Positions 8,890 through 18,340 of a stretch of 44,564 bases of DNA are shown in pieces. A model generated the notes under the pieces. It was not told the DNA's origin and did no database searches. It saw only the letters and a program-made list of their open reading frames with translations. How positions within the stretch are numbered: the first letter of the stretch is position 1; every line of letters starts with the position of its first letter. This stretch comes from Acutalibacteraceae bacterium (GTDB lineage: Bacteria > Bacillota > Clostridia > Oscillospirales > Acutalibacteraceae), in the NCBI GenBank assembly GCA_045635145.1, contig JAZRBQ010000150.1, forward strand, positions 1 to 44,564. The letters run 5' to 3'. The translations under genes were made by a program, and so were the position numbers.

Positions 8890-10052
8890 TATAAAGCGCA
8901 ACCTTTCTTAATAACTTCTACTGCTTTTTCGAGTAAATTCATTGGAATATTAAGCGCGGGTAAAAGTCTTACCTTATTCTTTGCTTTAATAACCAAAACG
9001 CCGTTATCCATACAGTATTTTATAACTTCGCCTGCATCCTTTTCGGTTTCGATACCAAGCATAAGACCTAAACCGCTAACCGATTTAACACCCGAAGCAT
9101 TTTTAAGCGAATTTATAATAAATTCGCTCTTTTTATTGACTTCTGCCAATAATTCGTCATCTATACGGTTTATTACGCTAACCGCACCTGCACAAGCCAC
9201 AGGGTTGCCACCAAAGGTAGAGCCGTGTGATGACGGGGTCAAAACGTCCTTAACCCTTTCGCCTAACATAGTAGCACCTAAAGGTAAGCCGTTGCCGAGT
9301 CCCTTTGCGGTTGATACAATGTCGGGTAAAACGCCGTATTTCATAAATGCATAAAGAGCGCCTGTTCGACCGTTGCCTGTTTGAACTTCGTCAGCGATTG
9401 TTAAAATATCATTGTCCTTTGCAATTTGGAAAATAGCATCGACAAAATCTTTCGAAAGCGGCAAAACACCGCCCTCGCCCTGCACAAGTTCGAACATAAT
9501 AGCGCAAACCTTATTGTTAGAAACAAGTTCCTTTAATTGCTCTAGGTTACCTGCTTCACAATATATAAACCCATCGGTCAAGGGCAAAAAGTCGGTATGA
9601 AAAACGTCCTGACCTGTTGCCGCCAAGGTAGTAATTGTTCTACCGTGGAAGCTGTTTTTAAGGGTAATTATTGTGTTATATTCGCTACCCTTTTTATCTT
9701 GAGCGTACTTACGTGCAACCTTAATTGCACACTCGTTTGCCTCTGCACCCGAATTCGAGAAAAACACCTTTTTAAGACCGGTACGAGAGCACAAAATTTC
9801 AGCCAATTCAGCACAAGGAGCCGTGTAATAAAGGTTAGAAGCGTGCTGAATTTTGGAAAGTTGCTCAGTTACAGCTTTAACCCATACTTCGTCCGAAAAA
9901 CCAAAGGTATTAACCGCAATACCTGTTGACAAATCTATAAATTCTTTTCCGTTTTCGTCATACACAAGTGAGCCTTTGCCGCTTGTCAATGCAACGGGAA
10001 AACGGGAATAAGTATTAGCAATATAGCAGCTATCTTTTTCAAAAACATTCAT
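8889..10052 (-). CDS. argD: acetylornithine aminotransferase (class III PLP aminotransferase)
   Basis: Class III aminotransferase motifs ([28 protein letters not shown] with the PLP lysine). ATG 10052 lies 5 nt after AGGTGA and 1 nt after the argB stop. The alternative is GTG 10061. Confidence 0.9.
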   Translation of the reverse strand: MNVFEKDSCYIANTYSRFPVALTSGKGSLVYDENGKEFIDLSTGIAVNTFGFSDEVWVKAVTEQLSKIQHASNLYYTAPCAELAEILCSRTGLKKVFFSNSGAEANECAIKVARKYAQDKKGSEYNTIITLKNSFHGRTITTLAATGQDVFHTDFLPLTDGFIYCEAGNLEQLKELVSNNKVCAIMFELVQGEGGVLPLSKDFVDAIFQIAKDNDILTIADEVQTGNGRTGALYAFMKYGVLPDIVSTAKGLGNGLPLGATMLGERVKDVLTPSSHGSTFGGNPVACAGAVSVINRIDDELLAEVNKKSEFIINSLKNASGVKSVSGLGLMLGIETEKDAGEVIKYCMDNGVLVIKAKNKVRLLPALNIPMNLLEKAVEVIKKGCAL

Positions 10053-10053
10053 A

Positions 10054-10917
10054 CTAATCACCTACAACCATAGTACCCGCACCCTCATTGGTAAGGGTTT
10101 CGATAAGGAGTGAATGCGGAACTCTGCCGTCCATAATAAATACCTTTTTAACGCCCTTTTCGATAGCTTCAAGGCAACATTCAATTTTAGGAATCATACC
10201 GCCCGAAATTATACCTGTTTCAAATAACTTTTTAGCTTCGCTAACCGTAATTTTGGGTATTAATGTTTCGGGGTTATCTTTATCTTCTAAAACACCTGCA
10301 ATATCGGTCATAGAAATTAAGCATTCGGCTTCTAAAGCGCCTGCAATAAAAGCTGCCGCTGTATCGGCATTGATATTATAAACGTTGCCGCTTTTATCGC
10401 AACCAACGGTTGAAACAACAGGAATATAATCATGCTTTAAAAGATTTAAAATGGGAGCGACGTTTACATCGGTAATTCTACCAACAAAACCCAAACGGTC
10501 GTCTTTAACTTCGGCTGTGATTAGTCTGCCGTCAATACCCGAAATACCCATAGCGTTACCGCCACGAACGTTTAAAAGGTTTACAAGGCTTTTATTGATT
10601 TTACCAGCCAAAACCATTTGAACTACTTCGGCGGTTTCTTTATCAGTCACACGAAGACCGTCAACCCAAAGTGATTCCTTACCGATTTTATTAAGCATTT
10701 CGCTAATTTCAGGTCCACCACCGTGAACAAGCACCACCTTTACACCAACAAGGTGCAAAAGCACGATATCCTGCATAACCTGTTCCTTTAATTCTTCGTT
10801 TATCATAGCATTGCCGCCGTATTTGATAACCACGGTTTTGTTATAATATTTTTGAATATACGGTAGTGCTTGAGTTAACACTTCAGCTCTTTGAGCGTTT
10901 GTAATATGTAAAGCCAT
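10054..10917 (-). CDS. argB: acetylglutamate kinase
   Basis: Amino-acid kinase family (VIKYGGNAM, LVHGGGPEI, NINADTAA, MIPKIE). SD AAAGGAA lies 8 nt upstream of the ATG. Confidence 0.92.
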   Translation of the reverse strand: MALHITNAQRAEVLTQALPYIQKYYNKTVVIKYGGNAMINEELKEQVMQDIVLLHLVGVKVVLVHGGGPEISEMLNKIGKESLWVDGLRVTDKETAEVVQMVLAGKINKSLVNLLNVRGGNAMGISGIDGRLITAEVKDDRLGFVGRITDVNVAPILNLLKHDYIPVVSTVGCDKSGNVYNINADTAAAFIAGALEAECLISMTDIAGVLEDKDNPETLIPKITVSEAKKLFETGIISGGMIPKIECCLEAIEKGVKKVFIMDGRVPHSLLIETLTNEGAGTMVVGD

Positions 10918-10989
10918 AATATCAATTCCTTTAAAATTTAATTACCTATATAAAGAGTTTCGGGCGAGTCTTAAAACCCGCCTTAAACT

Positions 10990-12204
10990 TTATGTTCTGT
11001 AATCTCCGTTTATTTTAACGTAATCGTATGTCAAATCACAGCCCCAAGCAGTAGAAGAATACTCCCCACTTGAAAGATTAACTAATATTTCAATTTCATT
11101 TTGGAGTAAAATTTCCTTTGCAATTTCTTCAGAAAATTCTACACCTGCGCCGTTTTTGCAAACAGCAATTTCGCCCTTTTGAGAGCGGAATGCAACGTCA
11201 ATTTTATTAACGTCAACCTTTGCGCCCGAATAACCAATAGCGCAAAGCACTCTGCCCCAGTTGGCGTCCGATCCGAACATAGCCGCTTTTGTAAGAGATG
11301 AGCAAACAACCGATTTTGCAACGGTTTTTGCAATATCCAAAGTTTCAGCGCCCGAAACCTTACATTCAAGCAACTTTGTAGCGCCTTCGCCGTCGGCTGC
11401 AATTTTACGGCAAAGGTTAACGCAAACTGTGTTAAGCGCCTTCATAAAGGTGTTAAAATCGGCACCGTCATCAACTATTTCGGTGTTACCTGCCAAGCCG
11501 TTAGCCAATACTACCACCATATCATTAGTTGAAGTATCACCGTCAACACTAATCATATTAAATGTGGTTTGAACATCGGTAGAGAGTGCTTGCCCGAGCA
11601 TTTTGTCGCTTATTGCACAGTCGGTAGTGATAAAAACAAGCATAGTTGCCATATTGGGATGAATCATACCGGAACCCTTGGCAATACCACCAATTTTACA
11701 TTCAGTACCGCCGATATTAAAACTAACCGCCACTTCCTTAAGTTTAGTATCGGTAGTCATAATACCTTCCGCCGCTTCCACGCTTTTTTGGGCGCCTAAG
11801 CCATCCACCAATTCGGGTATACCGTTCTTAATCGGTGTAATATCAAGCGGTTGACCAATAACACCTGTTGATGCTACGACAACATCGGTTGCATCAATAT
11901 TAAGTGCTTTTGATAAAATTTCGCAAGTTTCGGTTGCAATTTCCACTCCGTTTGCGTTGCAGGTGTTAGCGTTACCGCTGTTACAAATAACCGCTTGTGC
12001 CTTGCCGTTTTTGATATTTTCTTTAGTTACAACCAAAGGTGCGCCCTTAACCAAATTAGTGGTATAAACCGCCGCCGCATTGGCCGGTACTTCACTATAA
12101 ATAAGGCTCAAGTCACGCTTTGTTTTGTTCTTTCTGATACCACAGTGAATACCGTTGGCTTTAAATCCTTTAGCGGCACAAACGCCGCCTGAAATAATAT
12201 TCAT
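10990..12204 (-). CDS. argJ: bifunctional ornithine acetyltransferase / N-acetylglutamate synthase
   Basis: ArgJ family, including the autoprocessing site region PNMATMLVFITTD (self-cleavage before Thr) and the C-terminal DLTYDYVKINGDYRT. Confidence 0.92.
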   Translation of the reverse strand: MNIISGGVCAAKGFKANGIHCGIRKNKTKRDLSLIYSEVPANAAAVYTTNLVKGAPLVVTKENIKNGKAQAVICNSGNANTCNANGVEIATETCEILSKALNIDATDVVVASTGVIGQPLDITPIKNGIPELVDGLGAQKSVEAAEGIMTTDTKLKEVAVSFNIGGTECKIGGIAKGSGMIHPNMATMLVFITTDCAISDKMLGQALSTDVQTTFNMISVDGDTSTNDMVVVLANGLAGNTEIVDDGADFNTFMKALNTVCVNLCRKIAADGEGATKLLECKVSGAETLDIAKTVAKSVVCSSLTKAAMFGSDANWGRVLCAIGYSGAKVDVNKIDVAFRSQKGEIAVCKNGAGVEFSEEIAKEILLQNEIEILVNLSSGEYSSTAWGCDLTYDYVKINGDYRT

Positions 12205-12213
12205 AAAATTCTC

Positions 12214-13140
12214 CTATAAATCAAGGCCGCTGGTTTCATCAGCACCTAATACTAAATTCATACATTGTAAAGCCGCACCCGATGCGCCTTTACCTAAGTT
12301 ATCGTAACGGGCAATAAGTAAAATACGGTCATCATTACCTGCTACGCTTATTTCCATACCGTCGTTAAAGGATAACTTATTGGCCGAAACAAAGCCGTTT
12401 TCCGAAAAATCTTCAACGTACTTTACAATAGGACCGTTGTATTTTTTCTCATAAACTGCCTTAACATCTTCGGTTGTACCCTTTATTTGTGACGCAAAAA
12501 GCGGAATTGTAACTTCCATACCGCTATAGTAATCACTTACAACGGGGATAAATGCAGGTGCATTTTCAATACCGCAAATTTTTGCCATTTCGGGTAAATG
12601 CTTATGTTTTTGGGCAATACCGTATTGGCGTGGGGCATCTAATAAACTGTCACGCTCGTCCGATTCATATTCGTAAATCATACCCTTGCCCCCACCGCTG
12701 TAACCTGTAAGGCTAAAGCAATTAAGTAATGCATCGTTCGGCAAAATACCACTTTCAACAAGGGGATAAATTAAAGCAATAAACCCACTTGCGTGACAAC
12801 CTGGCACTGCAATTCTTTTAGAATTTATAACCTTTTCCCTGTGATTTTCCGATAATTCGGGAAAACCGTATGCCCAATCGTCATTAGTGCGGTGGGCGGT
12901 TGAAGTATCCAAAAGCACGGTGTTTGTGTTTTCGGTCAAAGCCACCGCTTCTATTGAAGCCGCATCAGGCAAACACAAAAAAGCAATGTCGGCCTCATTT
13001 AAAGCCTGCTTTCTTGCGTTTATATCCTTGCGGTTTTCTTCGGTTAATTTTATAAGTGTAATATCTTTTCTATTTTCAAGTCTTTCGGCAATTCTAAGTC
13101 CGGTTGTACCCGCGCTGCCATCAATGAATACCTTTTTCAT
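12214..13140 (-). CDS. argC: N-acetyl-gamma-glutamyl-phosphate reductase (short type-2 form)
   Basis: 308 aa. GSAGTTG nucleotide-binding motif and catalytic Cys in VPGCHASG. The start overlaps the argH 3' end by 20 nt. Confidence 0.9.
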   Translation of the reverse strand: MKKVFIDGSAGTTGLRIAERLENRKDITLIKLTEENRKDINARKQALNEADIAFLCLPDAASIEAVALTENTNTVLLDTSTAHRTNDDWAYGFPELSENHREKVINSKRIAVPGCHASGFIALIYPLVESGILPNDALLNCFSLTGYSGGGKGMIYEYESDERDSLLDAPRQYGIAQKHKHLPEMAKICGIENAPAFIPVVSDYYSGMEVTIPLFASQIKGTTEDVKAVYEKKYNGPIVKYVEDFSENGFVSANKLSFNDGMEISVAGNDDRILLIARYDNLGKGASGAALQCMNLVLGADETSGLDL

Positions 13141-14512
13141 TTAAAAACTCCGTCAAATATTCAATTTGAGTCTTTACCGACTCAGGACCCGTAGCACCCT
13201 TTGAAATACGCTTGTTTACACAAGTTTCGAGTGAAATTTCACCGAATAAATCCTCTTCAAAGGTAGGGTCAAATTCCTTATATTTTTCAAGCGGTAAGGT
13301 TTCAAGCACTAAATTTTCCTTAATACAGTAACCTACAATTTCGCCAACGTGCTTATATGCAGTTCTGAAAGGCATACCCTTTTTAACAAGATAGTCGGCC
13401 AAATCGGTAGCATTAATAAAGCCCTTGCCTGCCGCGTTATACATATTTTCGCGGATAACTGTCATTGTAGCAATCATAGGTGTAAATACGCCTGAGCACA
13501 TTTTAACGGTGTCAACCGCATCAAAAATCGCTTCCTTATCTTCCTGCATATCCTTGTTGTATGCCAAAGGCAAACCCTTAAGGGTGGTAAGAAGCGCCAT
13601 AAGGTCGCCATATACTCTACCTGTTTTACCGCGCACAAGCTCAGCCATATCGGGATTTTTCTTTTGTGGCATAATACTTGAGCCTGTTGTGTAACTGTCG
13701 TCAAGTTCAACGAATTTGAATTCCCAGCTCGACCACAAAATTACTTCTTCAGAGAAACGTGAAAGGTGCATCATTAAAATTGAGAATGCCGACATAAGCT
13801 CTAAACAAAAGTCACGGTCAGATACGCCGTCAATACTGTTAAGCGAAATACCCGAAAAACCTAAGTTTTGGGCTTCAAATTCGCGGTCGGTATCGTAGGT
13901 GGTACCTGCTAACGCACAAGAGCCAATAGGACACTGCGCCCACATTCTTTCTAAAGCGTCCTTAATTCTATCATAGTCACGCTTTAACATAAATGCATAG
14001 GCTAAAATGTGGTGAGCAAAGGTTATAGGTTGGGCGCGTTGTAAATGGGTGTAACCCGGCATAATAGCATCTTTATATTCTTCTGCCTTATCCTTAATAA
14101 CCGCGATAAGCGAAAGCAAGGAATTAGCAATTTCTTCACATTCGCGGCCTAGATATAGCCTTACGTCAAGCGCTACTTGGTCGTTACGGCTACGCGCGGT
14201 GTGAAGCTTTTTGCCGGTGTCCCCAATTCTTTTAGTAAGCTCGCCTTCGACAAACATATGTATATCTTCGGCATTCATATCAATAACCAAATTGCCGTTT
14301 TCGATATCTTCCAATATACCGCTAAGACCGCTTATTATTTCTTGCGCTTCTGCATTTGTAATAATACCTTTATTTGAAAGCATCATAGCGTGTACCATTG
14401 AGCCTTCAATATCCTGTTTATACATTCTGCAGTCAAAATGAATAGAAGAGTTAAAGTCGTCAGCTAATTTGTCAAGCGCCTTTTCAAACCTTCCCGCCCA
14501 CATTTTTTCCAT
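13121..14512 (-). CDS. argH: argininosuccinate lyase
   Basis: Fumarate-lyase superfamily signature GSSIMPQKKNPD and the ASL N-terminus MWAGRF. Confidence 0.92.
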   Translation of the reverse strand: MEKMWAGRFEKALDKLADDFNSSIHFDCRMYKQDIEGSMVHAMMLSNKGIITNAEAQEIISGLSGILEDIENGNLVIDMNAEDIHMFVEGELTKRIGDTGKKLHTARSRNDQVALDVRLYLGRECEEIANSLLSLIAVIKDKAEEYKDAIMPGYTHLQRAQPITFAHHILAYAFMLKRDYDRIKDALERMWAQCPIGSCALAGTTYDTDREFEAQNLGFSGISLNSIDGVSDRDFCLELMSAFSILMMHLSRFSEEVILWSSWEFKFVELDDSYTTGSSIMPQKKNPDMAELVRGKTGRVYGDLMALLTTLKGLPLAYNKDMQEDKEAIFDAVDTVKMCSGVFTPMIATMTVIRENMYNAAGKGFINATDLADYLVKKGMPFRTAYKHVGEIVGYCIKENLVLETLPLEKYKEFDPTFEEDLFGEISLETCVNKRISKGATGPESVKTQIEYLTEFLNEKGIH

Positions 14513-14528
14513 TATAAATACCTACTTT

Positions 14529-15758
14529 TTATTTAAGATTATTCTTTGCCTTCATCTTTGCATTTACCTTTGTAGATAAACCATAAAGATTGATAAAGCC
14601 TGTTGCATCGCTTTGGTCGTAAACGTCGTCTTCGTCAAAGGTTGCAATTTCGGGGTCATAGAGTGAGTAAGGTGAAGATACACCTGCGTTAATCATATTA
14701 CCCTTGTAAAGCTTTAAGGTAACGTCGCCTGTTACGGTTTTTTGGGTTTCCTTAACAAATGCTAAAATAGCATCGGTTAAAGGAGTAAACCATAATGCGT
14801 TATAAACGTTTTCAGCTAACTTTTGAGCAACTAATGCCTTATAGTGAGCGGTATCCTTATCAAGACAGATAGTTTCAAGCACGTTGTGAGCCTTGTAAAG
14901 AATAGCACCGCCGGGAGTTTCGTAAACGCCACGGCACTTCATACCAACAAGACGGTTTTCTACGATATCTAAAAGGCCGATACCGTTTTCGCCACCCAAT
15001 TTGTTAAGTGTAGTAACAATACCTACCGAATCCATTTCCTTACCATCGATTGCGGTAGGAATACCCTTTTCAAAGTGAATGGTAACGTAGGTTGGCTTAT
15101 CGGGTGCCATTTCGGGAGAAACGCCCATTTCTAAGAAGCCGGGCTTATTGTATAAGGGTTCGTTTTTGGGGTCTTCCAAATCAAGACCTTCGTGTGATAA
15201 GTGCCAAATGTTCTTATCCTTTGAATAGTTGGTTTCACGGTTTATCTTAAGCGGAACGTTGTGTGCTTCAGCGTAGTCGATTTCTTCTTCACGAGATTTA
15301 ATATCCCATTCACGCCAAGGAGCAATAATAGGCATATCAGGTGCAAAAGCCTTGATAGCAAGTTCAAAACGAACTTGGTCGTTACCCTTACCTGTGCAAC
15401 CGTGGCAAATTGCATCTGCGCCTTCTTGGAGTGCGATTTCAGCAATTCTCTTAGCAATGGGAGGACGTGCAAAAGCGGTACCTAAAAGATAATCTTCATA
15501 TAAAGCGCCTGCTTGTACGCAAGGGAAAACGTAATCATCTAAAAATTCTTTTGTAAGGTCTTCTATGTAAAGCTTAGAAGCGCCTGTCTTTAATGCCTTT
15601 TCTTCCAAGCCTTCGAGTTCGTCTGCTTGACCTACGTTACCTGATACCGCAATAATTTCAGGATTGTTGTAGTTTTCTTTAAGCCAAGGGATGATGATAG
15701 AAGTATCAAGACCGCCCGAATATGCTAAAACTACCTTTTTAAATTCTTTCTTACTCAT
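14529..15758 (-). CDS. argG: argininosuccinate synthase
   Basis: [12 protein letters not shown]-pyrophosphatase motif and [14 protein letters not shown] place the start at ATG 15758 (MSKKEF), 7 nt after GGAGG. The 10-codon N-terminal extension in the ORF track has no SD. Confidence 0.92.
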   Translation of the reverse strand: MSKKEFKKVVLAYSGGLDTSIIIPWLKENYNNPEIIAVSGNVGQADELEGLEEKALKTGASKLYIEDLTKEFLDDYVFPCVQAGALYEDYLLGTAFARPPIAKRIAEIALQEGADAICHGCTGKGNDQVRFELAIKAFAPDMPIIAPWREWDIKSREEEIDYAEAHNVPLKINRETNYSKDKNIWHLSHEGLDLEDPKNEPLYNKPGFLEMGVSPEMAPDKPTYVTIHFEKGIPTAIDGKEMDSVGIVTTLNKLGGENGIGLLDIVENRLVGMKCRGVYETPGGAILYKAHNVLETICLDKDTAHYKALVAQKLAENVYNALWFTPLTDAILAFVKETQKTVTGDVTLKLYKGNMINAGVSSPYSLYDPEIATFDEDDVYDQSDATGFINLYGLSTKVNAKMKAKNNLK

Positions 15759-15781
15759 AACAATAACCTCCGTATGCAGTG

Positions 15782-15841
15782 TATGCATTAATTTTCATAT
15801 TTTATGCATAAATTATACATTATTTTGAATAAATATGCAAG
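15782..15841 (-). promoter_or_regulatory. arg operon promoter (TTGCAT-17-TATAAT) overlapped by phased ARG-box-like sites
   Basis: Minus strand: -35 TTGCAT (15840-15835), 17-nt spacer, -10 TATAAT (15817-15812). 18-mers resembling TNTGAATWWWWATTCANW start at 15782, 15803 and 15824, i.e. 21-nt phasing: TATGCATTAATTTTCATA (2 core mismatches), TATGCATAAATTATACAT (weak, the AT spacer is one nt too long) and TTTGAATAAATATGCAAG (1 core mismatch). Confidence 0.6.
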
Positions 15842-15920
15842 AGTTTTCTATATTTTCTTGCTTTTTACCATATCTTTAGAAGATATTTATGCAAATTTAT
15901 GCAAGTTTACCAAGCCTAAA

Positions 15921-17456
15921 TTAATCTTCCCAAGTTTCTTCGCTTTCGCTAGCCTTGGATTTTGATTTAAAACGCGGAATAATAAAGCCGCTTGCAAGAC
16001 AAAGTGCAAATACAAGCCAACCTGCCAGAATATTTGATAAAAGATTATATCCGTCAGCCGCGCCGTAAATACCGCCCTTGTTTTTGAAAAGGTCAATTAT
16101 ATTCCAAACAAACAAAATACCCAAAGATACAGGCGCTACAAGCTTTACAGCCATATCAAACCAAATTTGAGGCATTTTGAATTTTTTAGAGTTACGGTTG
16201 ATTTCCTTAACGATTTTACCTGTTTTAAAGAACCAACCGATTGCCACGGTTTCAAGCACACCGATTAAAATAAGTGTAAAACTGTTACACCAGTTATCCA
16301 CAATATCAAGCACGGCAAGACCTGCGCCTGTGGTGTAAATTAAAGAAATAACACCTGCGATTATACAAATTGTAATGGTGGTTTTCTTTTTGTCGGTACC
16401 AAACTTATCAGAAAAGGCGGTCGAAATACCTTCAACAAGCGAGAAAGCCGAGTCGATAGCCAAAGTACAAAGACAGAAATAAAATACAAAAGCAAATATT
16501 GCATTGAATACACCGCTGTTTGAAAGATTTACAATAGCGGTAGGATAAACACCGAAAGCAAGGCCGGGACCTGACTTTTGCGCTAACATATCTTGTAAAC
16601 CTGTGCCGTACATTGTGGTAAACATTACAATACCCGAAAGTAAGCTTACCGCCAAATCAGAAAATGCGATAATCAAACCGTCACGAGCTATATTGCTGCT
16701 GTCATCAAGGAACGAACCGTAAGCAATCATAATTGCCATCATAACCGACATTGAATAGAATACCTGACCTACTGCATCAACCCAAAGCATTGGGTTAGAA
16801 AGTGCTGAAAAATCGGGAATGAAGAAGGCTTTTAAACCTGCCATCGCACCCGGCATGGTAGCACCCTTAATTGCCATAAACGCAAGACAAATAACCGGTA
16901 AGAAAACAAGATATTTAATAATCTTACCTACGCTGCTTGTACCGTTGCGGATGCAGTAATAAATAAGTCCCCACGCGACAACCATACAAATTATAACCGG
17001 TATAGAAACTGTACCAAAGCCTTTAAGTGTACCTGTGGTTTTAATTAAATTTGCCCACAAACTACTTGCCGCTTCGTTATTGCCTGTCATATTAACAAAC
17101 TTAAAGCTAAATATTGCCATCATAATAACCCACGCAAAAACCACAGCGTAATAAGTAACAATGACAAAAGCATTGGTAGTAGCCGCCCAACCGATAGGCT
17201 CAAACCTTTTGTTCATTCGGCGTAAAGCACCGGGAGCGCCCGAGCGCATTTTACGGCCGATTGAAATTTCCATCATCAAAAGCGGAATGCCGATTATAAG
17301 CATTGCGGCAATATAAACTAAAAGGAAAGCACCGCCGCCGTGCTTTGCCGCAAGGTTTGGAAAACGCCACGCGTTGCCAAGACCTACAGCCGAGCCAACC
17401 GCCGCCAAAATAAAGGTGGCGCTGCTGCCCCAGCTTGAACGTTTTGTTTCAGACAT
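15921..17456 (-). CDS. sodium-dependent transporter, neurotransmitter:sodium symporter (NSS/SNF) family
   Basis: N-terminal NSS signature AVGLGNAWRFP. About 11-12 hydrophobic segments. 511 aa. Confidence 0.88.
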   Translation of the reverse strand: MSETKRSSWGSSATFILAAVGSAVGLGNAWRFPNLAAKHGGGAFLLVYIAAMLIIGIPLLMMEISIGRKMRSGAPGALRRMNKRFEPIGWAATTNAFVIVTYYAVVFAWVIMMAIFSFKFVNMTGNNEAASSLWANLIKTTGTLKGFGTVSIPVIICMVVAWGLIYYCIRNGTSSVGKIIKYLVFLPVICLAFMAIKGATMPGAMAGLKAFFIPDFSALSNPMLWVDAVGQVFYSMSVMMAIMIAYGSFLDDSSNIARDGLIIAFSDLAVSLLSGIVMFTTMYGTGLQDMLAQKSGPGLAFGVYPTAIVNLSNSGVFNAIFAFVFYFCLCTLAIDSAFSLVEGISTAFSDKFGTDKKKTTITICIIAGVISLIYTTGAGLAVLDIVDNWCNSFTLILIGVLETVAIGWFFKTGKIVKEINRNSKKFKMPQIWFDMAVKLVAPVSLGILFVWNIIDLFKNKGGIYGAADGYNLLSNILAGWLVFALCLASGFIIPRFKSKSKASESEETWED

Positions 17457-17458
17457 TT

Positions 17459-18340
17459 TTACACCTTCACTTCTTCTTGTTTTACTTTTGGTTTCTTTTC
17501 CTTAAAGTCACATATTTTTTGCTTCACTATAAGCTCGTCATAAGTTTGGCGGAACATTACCCTGCCGCTGAATTTTTCACCGCAGTCGCATATAAAGTTT
17601 GCCGAAAACCAACGGTTTGAATACTTCCATTTAGATGCTCGTTTTGCTTTTTTTGCACATTTGGGGCAATTAAACTCCAAATACTTTTTATCGATATGCT
17701 CGTCCTTAAGATTAGAGATTGAATAGCTTTTAAATTTAAGCCTTTTAAAAAATTCAGGGTTAGTAGCATCCTTTATAAGCGGACTAAACCGTTCGGCGTT
17801 GTAGCACTTTTTCAAAAGATACGCCGCAACCAAGCTATCGTCCTTAGCGGTATGAAAATCAATATTATCAGTTTCGATTTTCAAAAATTCAGCCGCAAGT
17901 GAAAGTGATACCTGATTTTTATCAGTATAACCCCTTAAATACATCTCATTCTGAATGAATTTTTGTAAATCAAGGTATTTTTCTATTCTAAAGCGTTTGC
18001 CATTTAGCAAATCTTCCTCGTTAGAGATAATTGTATAAAGGTCGGAATTACTCCAAGTCATTGTAACGGCGTCGTCGCCGACCCAATTATTATAACCTTC
18101 AACCGCTTCAGCAAACGGCACACCCTGACGCATAATTTCGTTTGTAATACCTGTAAGCCGTGCAAACCTACCTGTAACCTTGTTTGAAATTGCGGATTTT
18201 ATCGTCACTTCAAAGGTATCGACAATATCAAAATTTTGATTAAGTTTTACGGCGCCGATTTGCAAAATTTGGTTTATAAACCGTTTTTGCGCCTTAAAAA
18301 AGGTACTATCCCATTCTAAATCAAGAATAATATAATTCAT
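17459..18340 (-). CDS. DEDDh-type 3'-5' exonuclease with C-terminal CxxC...CxC zinc-ribbon-like module
   Basis: Exo motifs ILDLEWD (Exo I), WSNSD (Exo II) and FHTAKDDS (Exo III, H-x4-D). C-terminal CPKC-x21-CDCG. The ATG overlaps the typA stop (TAATG). Confidence 0.75.
   Translation of the reverse strand: MNYIILDLEWDSTFFKAQKRFINQILQIGAVKLNQNFDIVDTFEVTIKSAISNKVTGRFARLTGITNEIMRQGVPFAEAVEGYNNWVGDDAVTMTWSNSDLYTIISNEEDLLNGKRFRIEKYLDLQKFIQNEMYLRGYTDKNQVSLSLAAEFLKIETDNIDFHTAKDDSLVAAYLLKKCYNAERFSPLIKDATNPEFFKRLKFKSYSISNLKDEHIDKKYLEFNCPKCAKKAKRASKWKYSNRWFSANFICDCGEKFSGRVMFRQTYDELIVKQKICDFKEKKPKVKQEEVKV

Noticed and set aside
10918-10989. 72-nt argJ-argB gap examined for an internal terminator, attenuator or promoter
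   Set aside because: Only an imperfect GC-containing pairing (GGGCGAG...CCCGCC) with no proper stem and no T-run, and no -35/-10 pair with good spacing. Treated as an ordinary intercistronic spacer.
15759-15788. N-terminal extensions offered by the ORF track (argG here; also asp23 36490-36507, the DUF2089-like gene 4595-4651, argF 8890-8901, argD 10053-10061, recG 34421-34429)
   Set aside because: In each case an internal ATG/GTG has a well-spaced GGAGG-type SD and/or stop-start coupling, while the upstream start has none or abuts the SD.
15870-15886. Hairpin ATATCTT-TAG-AAGATAT downstream of the NSS transporter gene as a possible terminator
   Set aside because: A 7-bp almost all-AT stem with no following T-run on the minus-strand RNA, too weak to call. 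Read-through into the arg promoter region cannot be excluded.
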